DNA from: Candidatus Babeliales bacterium
GTDB lineage: Bacteria > Babelota > Babeliae > Babelales > JANWKD01
Direction of reading: 5' to 3'
DNA: 64,000 nt
Assembly (NCBI GenBank): GCA_963722255.1
Contig: CAVRJO010000001.1
Span: forward strand, 544,001 to 608,000
The translations under genes were made by a program, and so were the position numbers. This document shows positions 9,258 through 18,435 of this stretch, piece by piece. Below the pieces are notes generated by a model. The model was not told where the DNA came from, ran no database searches, and saw only the letters and a list, made by a program, of their open reading frames with translations. Numbering within the stretch: position 1 is the stretch's first letter; the number at the start of each line of letters is the position of its first letter.

Positions 9258-10037
9258 ATGAAGAAAAACAGCTATTCTATACTTTTTCTATTATTATTGG
9301 GTGTATCTTATGCCCAAGCAATGAATATAATGAATTTAGGGAATGAAATTAAGGCTAATAAAATGGCCCATGGCGATATAAGAAGACCACAGTCTTCAAA
9401 TTTTTCGTCAACCCTCTGTAAAGAAATTTTTGGGGAAATAACAGAAAAATTCGATGAACTTAGAAATAACAGCGAATTATCCAGCCAATTCACATTTTTT
9501 TATTTATATCTGTTACAATCTATTAAAGTTACACAGCAAAGCCCCGAAAACACTCGTATTGGTGTTAACCTTGATAAGGTAGTTGCTACAATTTTTACTT
9601 TTAGAGAATTGCTGAACCGTTATTTTGATGATCCCAATATATATACAATTGATGATGAAAATTTCGAACAAAATCCTTACGTAGAAAAATTAACTAACTC
9701 TGAGTGGTACCTACCATGTCCAAGCGACTATGAAGATTTCTTCATCAGGCTGGTTACAAATGTTCGTATCAATAAAGAAAACATCAGTGTCAACTTAAGT
9801 GACTTAAAAAAATTTATAAACTATTTTGAAAACAGAATAAAAGAAATAACAGATTACAAAGAAACATCACGCGAAGAAGAAGATTATGACCAGGATGAAG
9901 TAGATACAACACTGAAGCCTCAGCCAAAACGCGCTATAAAAATTCCCTTTTACAAAAGACCCGTATTTGTAACATCATGTGTTTTTGGTGGACTTGCTAT
10001 AGGCGCCGGCTTACTGTATTACTTTCTAAAAAAATAA
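9258..10037 (+). CDS. Secreted protein with C-terminal TM anchor
   Basis: Signal peptide (AQAMN), acidic linker, C-terminal VFGGLAIGAGLLYYFLKK; TTGACA/TATACT promoter at 9182-9209. Confidence 0.8.
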   Translation: MKKNSYSILFLLLLGVSYAQAMNIMNLGNEIKANKMAHGDIRRPQSSNFSSTLCKEIFGEITEKFDELRNNSELSSQFTFFYLYLLQSIKVTQQSPENTRIGVNLDKVVATIFTFRELLNRYFDDPNIYTIDDENFEQNPYVEKLTNSEWYLPCPSDYEDFFIRLVTNVRINKENISVNLSDLKKFINYFENRIKEITDYKETSREEEDYDQDEVDTTLKPQPKRAIKIPFYKRPVFVTSCVFGGLAIGAGLLYYFLKK

Positions 10038-10061
10038 CGTTATCATACAAATAACCTACAT

Positions 10062-10094
10062 AAAAGAGCTTTGTCTTTCGGCAAAGCTCTTTTT
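10062..10094 (+). terminator. Intrinsic terminator
   Basis: AAAAGAGCTTTGTC-TTTC-GGCAAAGCTCTTTTT. Confidence 0.8.
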
Positions 10095-10166
10095 ATTTAA
10101 ACCATATTCTTTACCTCTCTTATCAAAAAAAAGTATAGTAGTAATAAGCTTTAGGGGAAAAAGGAT

Positions 10167-10766
10167 ATGAAAATAGAGACGCTCTCGACATCTCTTATAC
10201 TCGTAATAATTTGTTCAATTCAATGTTCAGTGCTTAATGGAATGGAGAAGCAAAATCGTCACAGGTCTTTAGAACTTCTTGAACGTCCTCGTATGCTTCA
10301 TGACGTTATCAAAGAACGGTATTACTTGGGAAAAAACATCAATGCAACAGTACAGATTGTTTTTTCTGATACTATTAAAAACAAGGGCGGCCTTGCAGAG
10401 GTCTGGCAAACAGTCTTAGATTTGACACCCGTTACAACAGCATTATATAAACTTGAGAATAATATAATAGTCCAAGTTAACGTAACAGAGGCATCAAAAA
10501 AATTAAAAAAACATTTTAAACCACAAATAACAGCCAAAACTCTTCGGCATATTCAAAGTGGAAAAACAACAGGCCCTCCAATTCAACCTGCACAACTCCC
10601 TCCTCAAAAAAATCCTAGCTTACTGTATTCAACAGCTTGCGGATTAGCGCTTTTTAGTGCCGGATGGCTGGGTAAAACATGGTGGGATGCTGGTGGCAAA
10701 GATAACACTATCGCCTTAGGGACCTATATTTTAAAGTATCTTTTGGCTGAATTTAATCAATATTAG
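10167..10766 (+). CDS. Secreted protein with C-terminal TM anchor
   Basis: Signal peptide (LNGME), Pro-rich linker, hydrophobic C-terminal helix. Confidence 0.75.
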   Translation: MKIETLSTSLILVIICSIQCSVLNGMEKQNRHRSLELLERPRMLHDVIKERYYLGKNINATVQIVFSDTIKNKGGLAEVWQTVLDLTPVTTALYKLENNIIVQVNVTEASKKLKKHFKPQITAKTLRHIQSGKTTGPPIQPAQLPPQKNPSLLYSTACGLALFSAGWLGKTWWDAGGKDNTIALGTYILKYLLAEFNQY

Positions 10767-10851
10767 TATCACCGTAATGCTATTTTTACAAATTGTAGAA
10801 ATTGTGCAATAATTACTACTATAATAGTGCCCTTCTTTACCAGGTACCGGA

Positions 10852-11751
10852 ATGTTTAATTTTTTAAAAACCACTTTTTCTTCGCTATTTACCCAAGTAA
10901 GCAATAAAATGCATGCACTCTTTAGTCGCTCAACAATTGATGAGCAAGCACTAAAAGAGCTTGAAATGATTCTTATAACAGCAGATACGGGGGTATCAAC
11001 AACTCGTCGGATACTCACCAACTTACGTGCCTCATTGCATAATGGAACAATTAAGCAAGGACAAGATCTTCACAAAGCATTAGAAGAAGAGCTCCTTTCA
11101 TTACTAACACCGCAAAAATTTATTCCTGAGGAACAGCCTATCTATCTCTTTGTTGGCATCAATGGAAGTGGAAAAACAACAACTATTGGCAAATTAGCGC
11201 ATCTTCTTGGGCAACAGAATAAAAAAGTGTTACTTGTTGCCGGAGATACCTTTCGAGCAGCAGCAACACAACAACTTCAAATGTGGGCCGAACGAACAAA
11301 AAGTGCACTCGTTGTCGGAAGCGAAGGACAGGATCCTGCCTCAGTTGTTTTTAAAGCTTGCCAAGAATTTAAAGATAAAGGGTATGATGCTCTTCTTATT
11401 GATACAGCAGGTCGCTTACAAACAAAAACAAACCTCATGAAAGAAGTTGAAAAAATAGAACGAATCATCCACCGGCAACTTCCTAATAAACCTATTTACA
11501 CACTTTTAACCATCGATGCTATGCTTGGACAAAATTCATTTGAACAGGCAAAAATTTTCAATGAAAGTACCACAATTAATGGCATAGTTTTAACAAAAAT
11601 TGATGGTACGGCTAAAGGTGGAATTGTATTCGCTATAAACCAAGAGTTACACATACCAATAACGTTCATGAGCTTTGGTGAACATCTTGATAATCTCAAA
11701 CTTTTCAATCCAGAGGAATTTGTAAAACAACTTTTACAAGGCAACGCTTAA
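10852..11751 (+). CDS. ftsY: Signal recognition particle receptor FtsY
   Basis: GINGSGKTTTIGKLA, GDTFRAAA, DTAGRLQ, TKIDGTAKGG. Confidence 0.97.
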   Translation: MFNFLKTTFSSLFTQVSNKMHALFSRSTIDEQALKELEMILITADTGVSTTRRILTNLRASLHNGTIKQGQDLHKALEEELLSLLTPQKFIPEEQPIYLFVGINGSGKTTTIGKLAHLLGQQNKKVLLVAGDTFRAAATQQLQMWAERTKSALVVGSEGQDPASVVFKACQEFKDKGYDALLIDTAGRLQTKTNLMKEVEKIERIIHRQLPNKPIYTLLTIDAMLGQNSFEQAKIFNESTTINGIVLTKIDGTAKGGIVFAINQELHIPITFMSFGEHLDNLKLFNPEEFVKQLLQGNA

Positions 11752-11850
11752 CAATCGTCCGTTCAATATCTCATCTTCATCATTCATATATCTTGACTTT
11801 AATACCATATTTTTTTTAAATTTTTGCAATAAGAACACAAAGGAGATCAA

Positions 11851-12468
11851 ATGAAAAAGTCCGCTATTGCAGTATGTATAGGTCTATACTCATCTATGTG
11901 TGGCCAAGAAACAAAATTTTTAGGACGTATTGTACAACGGGCTAAGGTTCCAAAAATAGCAATAAATAATGAAATTATTCAAAAAAATTTTCTTATACGT
12001 TTTCAAAATGAGCTTTCTAATTTTCTTATGGATTACAGACCTGTTTATAGACTTCTAGAAAACCTTAACTCAGCGCTTATTACGTATAGCAATCAGCCTC
12101 TTGCATACCAACAAAATTATCGTAATGTTGCTCATTTTGATGCTCTTATTAACCAAATAAAGCAAAAAAATCTCACGGTAGCAATTACAAAATTGTTACA
12201 ATATAAAACATCGATTAAAAATCAAGTAGCAGAGCAAGCAGATCTTCTTATTGAGAATTTAAAAAAAGTAGTACAAGACATTCAAACAACGCTTGCAAAG
12301 CTTTCAACAAATAATAATTTATTTATTGAATTCGTCGATAATCCACCAGCCAAAATAGCACATGTTTTCATAGCTGATTATTTTAAAAATTATGTCTCAA
12401 AACAGTTTTTTTTTAGAATAAAAAAAATAAAAAGAGCAATCATTAATTGGGAAAATAAACAGATTTAA
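11851..12468 (+). CDS. Hypothetical exported protein
   Basis: 205-aa ORF, AGGAG RBS, N-terminal signal-like segment. Confidence 0.7.
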   Translation: MKKSAIAVCIGLYSSMCGQETKFLGRIVQRAKVPKIAINNEIIQKNFLIRFQNELSNFLMDYRPVYRLLENLNSALITYSNQPLAYQQNYRNVAHFDALINQIKQKNLTVAITKLLQYKTSIKNQVAEQADLLIENLKKVVQDIQTTLAKLSTNNNLFIEFVDNPPAKIAHVFIADYFKNYVSKQFFFRIKKIKRAIINWENKQI

Positions 12469-13178
12469 TGGTTCCCAACGAACTCATTAATCAATGGATA
12501 TTTATTCCTGTGAGCACGGAAATCTTCAGATTTTGCCGATTCCACAATTTTGCCTGCTTTCATTAAGTAGATAGTGCACTGTAATTGTGAAATTAAAGCA
12601 GTATCATGAGAAGCCACCAAAACAGTTAGCCCTTCTTGAGCAAGTTGTTGAATATTTTTTGCTACAAAATTAGTAAGGAAAGGATCAAGTGCAGAAGTGG
12701 GCTCATCAGCGCATAACACTTTTGGATTAAGAGCAAGAGCTCGTGCTATTGCAAGGCGCTGTTTTTGACCACCTGATAGTTGCATAATAGAATCATCGGC
12801 CTTGTTTTCAAGACCATATTGTTTTAGAAGTTCTTGTGCTCTTGCATCTGCTACCATTTTTGATTTATTCAAAACCTTTTCTAACGGTAAGGTAATATTT
12901 TGTTTAACAGAAAGATGATCAAATAAGTTCCATTGTTGGAAAATCATGCCTATTGCAAGATTGCTTTTTGTAGCAGTAAGATCAAGAGGAACCCCATCTA
13001 CATAAGCAGTTCCTGAATCTGCCTTTTCCAAACCGTTTAATATACGCAATAAGGTAGATTTACCGACACCGGACTGACCAAGAAGAAGTGCAATTTCTCC
13101 TTTATCAACGCGTAATGAAACGGCATCAAGCACAACAGTGTTTTTATATTTTTTACTTAGATTTTCAATGATGAGCAT
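12465..13178 (-). CDS. Polar amino-acid ABC transporter ATP-binding protein (GlnQ-like)
   Basis: GQSGVGKST, LSGGQKQRLAIARAL, DEPTSALDP. Confidence 0.93.
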   Translation of the reverse strand: MLIIENLSKKYKNTVVLDAVSLRVDKGEIALLLGQSGVGKSTLLRILNGLEKADSGTAYVDGVPLDLTATKSNLAIGMIFQQWNLFDHLSVKQNITLPLEKVLNKSKMVADARAQELLKQYGLENKADDSIMQLSGGQKQRLAIARALALNPKVLCADEPTSALDPFLTNFVAKNIQQLAQEGLTVLVASHDTALISQLQCTIYLMKAGKIVESAKSEDFRAHRNKYPLINEFVGNH

Positions 13179-13818
13179 GTTTATTCATCTTTCTTTCAAT
13201 CATTGTTGCAAACAATGAAAGCGCTGTAGTAAGTGTTAAATATATCATTGCAATCGCGCAATAGATGGGAATAACAGCGTATGTTCGACTTATAATAATC
13301 GTTCCTTCTTTAAAAAGCTCAACTACACCAATTGTTGAGGCTAAACTTGAATCCTTAATTAACGTAATAAACTCATTTAAAAGTGCTGGAACAACCGTTC
13401 GTATCGCTTGCGGAAAAAGTATAAATCGCATAGTTTGCCATGATGAAAAACCCAAAACATGCGCTGCTTCTATCTGCCCTCTACCAATTGATGCTATGCC
13501 AGAGCGAACTATTTGACTAATATATGCCATGCTATTAAGGCCAATTGCAATAACAGCAGTTGCAAAAAGTGATAACTCAATTCCAAGCTCAGGCAGTAGA
13601 TAATAGAAAAAAGGAATCTGAATAAGCATTGGTGTTCCACGAAAAATAGTCACGTAGATCGTCACTAGAGAACGTAACAGTGAATTGGATCTGCTCTGAA
13701 CAAACCCTAATAATGTTCCCCCTAAAAATCCAATAATACTAGAAAAGAAGGCAATTTTTAGCGTGACCAATGTACCTCGTAACAAATAAGGCATTGCTTC
13801 CTGTATAATGCCAATCAT
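13165..13818 (-). CDS. Polar amino-acid ABC transporter permease (GlnP/HisM-like)
   Basis: FRGTPMLIQ, GQIEAA..LG, NEFITLIKDSSLAS; ATGA overlap with the upstream SBP gene. Confidence 0.93.
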   Translation of the reverse strand: MIGIIQEAMPYLLRGTLVTLKIAFFSSIIGFLGGTLLGFVQSRSNSLLRSLVTIYVTIFRGTPMLIQIPFFYYLLPELGIELSLFATAVIAIGLNSMAYISQIVRSGIASIGRGQIEAAHVLGFSSWQTMRFILFPQAIRTVVPALLNEFITLIKDSSLASTIGVVELFKEGTIIISRTYAVIPIYCAIAMIYLTLTTALSLFATMIERKMNKHAHH

Positions 13819-14582
13819 GAAATATCCCATTTCTTTTTTAATGCATCAATAAAGCCTTCTTGCTGCAATTGCATAAGAGCCTGTTCTATCTGTTCTTTAA
13901 GAGCCGGGTATTTTTTGCTAACACCAAAAGCTGTTTTTTCATTGGTATTTGGAATAGTGTACAAAGAAAATTCTTGTTGAGCATATTGTTTAAAAAAAGG
14001 CTTAACATTATTTTCAGCTACTACAAAAGCATCTGCTCTGCCACTACGCAAAGAAAGAAACGCATCAGCTACCGTTGGTAATCTTTTTAAATCAACGCCT
14101 TCTTTGTCAGCCATAAAACGTTCTGCAGTGAAACCTTCATTAACAATCACCGTTTTACCTTGCAAATCATCAAGCGATGTAACCGGTTGCTTTGTTGCTA
14201 AACTTACCACAACAAGAGGATCCGATACTAAATATGGTTGTGTAAATAAAATTTCTTTCTCACGCTCCGGAGTAGGTGTAATCCCTGATGCAATTACATG
14301 CAAAGAGCCACGTTGTGCTTGAGGAATTAATGTTAAGAATGGCATATCTTTCAGAATGATCTTTTTCCCAATACGTTCGGCAATAGCAGTAATTAAATCA
14401 ATATCAAATCCTACAACCTTATCGTCTTTGATAAATTCAAACGGAGGAAATTCAGCGGCAGTGCCCACTACCAGAAGAGATTCATCAATAGGTTGAACTG
14501 TTCTTTTTGAAAACCAATACCATCCTAAAACTAACACACTACCTACAAATAGAAAACTACAAATCTTTTGAAAAAAATTCAT
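13815..14582 (-). CDS. Amino-acid ABC transporter substrate-binding protein (family 3)
   Basis: VGTAAEFPPFEF, VGFDIDL, ITPTPER..FTQPY. Confidence 0.92.
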   Translation of the reverse strand: MNFFQKICSFLFVGSVLVLGWYWFSKRTVQPIDESLLVVGTAAEFPPFEFIKDDKVVGFDIDLITAIAERIGKKIILKDMPFLTLIPQAQRGSLHVIASGITPTPEREKEILFTQPYLVSDPLVVVSLATKQPVTSLDDLQGKTVIVNEGFTAERFMADKEGVDLKRLPTVADAFLSLRSGRADAFVVAENNVKPFFKQYAQQEFSLYTIPNTNEKTAFGVSKKYPALKEQIEQALMQLQQEGFIDALKKKWDIS

Positions 14583-14768
14583 TGTGCAAATCCTGCAATT
14601 GGAGAAAAATAGTCATTATTTTGTTAACTACATAGCCATAAGTATAGAGAATTCAATAGTTTAGTGTCAAGTTGATTATTTTTCAAATTGAAAAAAACGA
14701 ATCTAAAGATTTTACAAACAACAAAAGTTATTTTAGAATCTCTAAAAAATTGATACAGGAGTTATTTA

Positions 14769-16265
14769 ATGAATGCACTATCCCACTATCTATATCGTGA
14801 TTACACTTGGCAAAAACTCGCTATACTCTTTCTTGCAGCATTACTCATTCGTTTTGCTACATTTGAACTTTATATTCAATATGAAGAGCGGTATAGACAA
14901 GCTGATTCATATGATTACCATATATGCGGCACTTGTATAAAAACAGGAAGCGGCATGACACGATTTGATACGAATGAACCAATTTTTTGGCGCACACCGG
15001 GATATCCTCTTTTTTTAAGTTTTTTTTATACGTTATATGATATTACTACAGTCGATTTCAGTAAAATCAAAGAACCATTGAAAGCTGCTCTTCTTGTACA
15101 AATTTTTTTATGTTCGTTCATTCCGCTCATTATTTTCTTCTTAGCTCGATTGCTTACCGGAACTCTGCCTATTGCTTGGATTGCAGCTTGGATAAGTGCA
15201 TTTCATCTAGGTTTTGTATTAGCAAGTTGTTATATCTTATCCGATGCATTAGCGCTCATTTTTTTTCTCGGATTTCTTTATTATTTTTATCAAAGTTTTA
15301 CTTTTTGGTTTGAACCTCCAAATAAGCATCTCACCATGAAATCTATGATTCTTTCAGCCTGCATTGCTGCTTTACTTCTTGGTCTTTACACCTGGATACG
15401 ACCCAATGGACAATTTCTCATTGTCGTTGTCCTTCTACTCCTTTTTTTAGGACAGTGTTCTTGGAGAATTAAAATTTCAAAGATTGCTCTTTTTAGTCTA
15501 ATTTTTTTTGCAACGTTAAGCGGTTGGTATATTCGAAACCATTCAATCACGGGCCATTGGTTTTTTTGTCCCATGTCCGGTCCTTATTTACAGACCTTCT
15601 GCGCTCCAAAAATTATTAGAAGAATTTCCGGACAGCCATTGGGACAGTGTATTAAATACCTTTTTTCATTTATAAAACCTGAAATGCAAAAAGAAGCTTT
15701 AAGACTTTCTCAAGCAACACCCCATTATCAAGTTTGTAAAGAGCTCATTTGTGCAAAAATTGCACAACCATGGATTAGCAAATATCCTTGGTATTTCTTT
15801 TGCGATTGGACAAAAGAAGTGTTAAAAACAACCTTTGATCTTTATGGCAGCCAGCTCGTTTCATTGGTCAATAAAACTCACACCTTTGATCCCCCTGAAG
15901 AGTTTCTTTCAGAAAAACTAATGCTCTGCTTATTTTCTCAGCCAATGCCATGGTTTATGCGTTTTATCTGTTGGCTAGATGCTTTCTTATATCTTTTACT
16001 TTGGATTGGAATCTTAGCCGGTTGCTGGATCTTTTTACTACAACCGGTATATGCTCGACGATTTAATGAACCTGCATTACAAAAAATGCAATCACTGTGG
16101 ATAAAAGTGGGGATTATAATTGGAGCATTACTAGTAATGACAGGAGGATTTGGTTATGCTCGATTACGAATGCCAGCAGATCCACTTCTTATTATTATTT
16201 CACTCACCTTTTGGTATTATATGTTTACTCATTATACCCTACAACCAACAAAGAGAAGATTATGA
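14769..16265 (+). CDS. Polytopic membrane glycosyltransferase (GT-C, ArnT/PMT-like)
   Basis: DSYDY, WRTPGYPLFL, RP motif, about 10 TM segments, ARLRMP. Confidence 0.75.
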   Translation: MNALSHYLYRDYTWQKLAILFLAALLIRFATFELYIQYEERYRQADSYDYHICGTCIKTGSGMTRFDTNEPIFWRTPGYPLFLSFFYTLYDITTVDFSKIKEPLKAALLVQIFLCSFIPLIIFFLARLLTGTLPIAWIAAWISAFHLGFVLASCYILSDALALIFFLGFLYYFYQSFTFWFEPPNKHLTMKSMILSACIAALLLGLYTWIRPNGQFLIVVVLLLLFLGQCSWRIKISKIALFSLIFFATLSGWYIRNHSITGHWFFCPMSGPYLQTFCAPKIIRRISGQPLGQCIKYLFSFIKPEMQKEALRLSQATPHYQVCKELICAKIAQPWISKYPWYFFCDWTKEVLKTTFDLYGSQLVSLVNKTHTFDPPEEFLSEKLMLCLFSQPMPWFMRFICWLDAFLYLLLWIGILAGCWIFLLQPVYARRFNEPALQKMQSLWIKVGIIIGALLVMTGGFGYARLRMPADPLLIIISLTFWYYMFTHYTLQPTKRRL

Positions 16266-16810
16266 AACGTCTTTATGCTCCTTGGCGCAGTGCCTATACT
16301 CGTTCAATAGAAAGAACAAAAGATGATTCAGCCCAATGTCATGAGTGTGTTTTTTGCCAACAACTCTCATCACAAAACGATACATCACATTTTATTCTTG
16401 GAAGATACCAACATACCTGTGCCATCTTAAATCTTTATCCTTATAATGCCGGTCATATTTTATTGGTACCATATAGCCACACTGCAGAACTATTCTTACT
16501 TACCCAAGAAGAGCGCGGTGAACTCATAGAGCTTGCAAGCATCACACAAGAAATTTTAATAAACGCGTTAGAAGCACAAGGTCTTAACGTTGGAATCAAT
16601 CAAGGAAAGGCTGCCGGAGCAGGAATTCCTTCACATTTGCATATGCATGTTTTGCCTCGTTGGATAGGAGATACTAACTTTTTACCACTTCTTGCTGATA
16701 CAAAACAGATTTCAACAAATCTTCATGAACTATATCAACAACTTTTACCATTTTTTAAAGAAATTAATTTCCAAATCAAAAATCAAGAGGAAAAAAATCA
16801 TGAAAAATAA
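16262..16810 (+). CDS. HIT-family protein (Fhit/Ap4A phosphorylase-like)
   Basis: LYAPWRSAY, CVFC, NLYPYNAGH, AGAGIPSHLHMHVLPRW.GD; ATGA overlap at 16262. Confidence 0.92.
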   Translation: MKRLYAPWRSAYTRSIERTKDDSAQCHECVFCQQLSSQNDTSHFILGRYQHTCAILNLYPYNAGHILLVPYSHTAELFLLTQEERGELIELASITQEILINALEAQGLNVGINQGKAAGAGIPSHLHMHVLPRWIGDTNFLPLLADTKQISTNLHELYQQLLPFFKEINFQIKNQEEKNHEK

Positions 16811-17015
16811 TAAAAAAAATTCACTAGCCGGGTTACTACTCATTGTAATCGGTTCAGTTATTTGCCTAACTGTTGGATTACCATTCTTATCAAGTATTTT
16901 TGCTTGTCTTGTTGGATTTTTATTAATTAACTTTGGTTTACAATTACGTGGTCAGCCATCTTTGCTACTACTCATACAACGTATACTTTATGAGCTACAA
17001 AATCGATTTTTTTAA
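16800..17015 (+). CDS. Small membrane protein (2 TM)
   Basis: ATG 16800 after GAGG RBS; two hydrophobic helices. Confidence 0.7.
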   Translation: MKNNKKNSLAGLLLIVIGSVICLTVGLPFLSSIFACLVGFLLINFGLQLRGQPSLLLLIQRILYELQNRFF

Positions 17016-17137
17016 AATAAAACTCTTGAAGAGAAGACCCGTAGTTTTCTAGATTGAAGCAAGAATTCAGATTCAAAAAAATATAATTTCAAAAAACAAT
17101 AAGCTTATGCTCATCATTACCTAGGAACAGTACCAGT

Positions 17138-17944
17138 ATGAAATTCAAAAAGTTTTCAATTGTTGAAGCATTACGATTCGGTTTTTATACAGTTCTAGAA
17201 AATATACTCTTCTTTTTAGGCCTGTGGGCGCTCTATCTAAGTTGGTTAATTTTTGGGGCACTTCTTATTACTCTTATCTGCTATTTTCCATTTTTCAACA
17301 CCATAATAGCATTCTTACAAGAAAATGATTCCACAATAATGAATAATTTAAGGGTGCCTAAATATTATTGGCAATTTGATATCCACAACTCTATTGCATT
17401 ATGCGTTGGAACTATTATTTGGAGTATTGCCTGTACCGTCTGGTATCGATTTTTGTCATTGGGCATTACGCGCATTTGTCTTGATTTCTATGATTATAAA
17501 ACAAGTAGCATCAAACAACTTTTTTCTGGCTTTGGCCTTCTATCAAAAGGCTATTTTGCCGGAATACTCTATTCAATTATTATTCATTTGGGCGTTTTAT
17601 TAGCGGGCATATCTCATATTGGAATTTTTCTTTATTTTGGATTAATGCTTTTTTTCACTGCAAAATATGGATTTTATGAACTCATTTTGGTAGATACGCG
17701 TTGTAAAGCAATTGCCTCAATAAAAGGCAGTGGTCAGTTAACAAATGGATCAAAAGCTCCAATCTTAGGTCTTTTATTTATTCTCTTTTGCATTAATTGT
17801 ATAGCGCTCTTATTTTTTGCTGTTGGTCTTTTAATAACAATTCCTGCAACGCTTTTGGCAAAAACTTTTGTCTACCGAAAACTCACCATGCAAACATTAA
17901 GCACACCAAACAATGATCAACAGCATGATTTCTCAACACAATGA
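17138..17944 (+). CDS. Integral membrane protein (DUF975/YciC-like)
   Basis: Multiple TM helices; AIASIKGS..LT.G.K; GLLITIP pattern. Confidence 0.7.
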   Translation: MKFKKFSIVEALRFGFYTVLENILFFLGLWALYLSWLIFGALLITLICYFPFFNTIIAFLQENDSTIMNNLRVPKYYWQFDIHNSIALCVGTIIWSIACTVWYRFLSLGITRICLDFYDYKTSSIKQLFSGFGLLSKGYFAGILYSIIIHLGVLLAGISHIGIFLYFGLMLFFTAKYGFYELILVDTRCKAIASIKGSGQLTNGSKAPILGLLFILFCINCIALLFFAVGLLITIPATLLAKTFVYRKLTMQTLSTPNNDQQHDFSTQ

Positions 17945-18321
17945 TCGCATGCTTTAATACATTCATCGCAAACAACTTTAATTTGATTGCACACTGCAAT
18001 ACATTGATCATCTAGTTTTTCACACGAAGATTGCGATGAATCACAAAGAAACATACACTCTTCACATTTTCTTATGCATTCTTGCGTAGCTTCTATACAA
18101 TCAGTATCATTGCAGGATTTTAAATGCTCTCTACAACTTTTGATGCATTCTTTGCATGCTTGTATACACTTTTGAAATTTTTTAGTTGAGGCTTCAACAC
18201 ATTGTGAAGAGTCCTTTTTATTAGTTTGAGGTGTTGTGCATTTCGTACAAACATCGATACATTCTTGGCATGCTATAATACAAGCGTTACACGCTTCAAT
18301 ATGATTATCCATAATGATCAC
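17917..18321 (-). CDS. Cysteine-rich four-helix-bundle copper storage protein (Csp3/DUF326-like)
   Basis: About 26 Cys in repeating CxxC/CxxxC spacing over 134 aa; no signal peptide. Confidence 0.8.
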   Translation of the reverse strand: MIIMDNHIEACNACIIACQECIDVCTKCTTPQTNKKDSSQCVEASTKKFQKCIQACKECIKSCREHLKSCNDTDCIEATQECIRKCEECMFLCDSSQSSCEKLDDQCIAVCNQIKVVCDECIKACDHCVEKSCC

Positions 18322-18435
18322 TCTCTTTTTTTTGGGATACTGTATTATTCAATAAAATGTATACCACATGACAAAAAAAGAAGGCAAGAAGTTGCTAATG
18401 CCTCCCCTATCAACAAAAGCAAAATACCTTATTAT

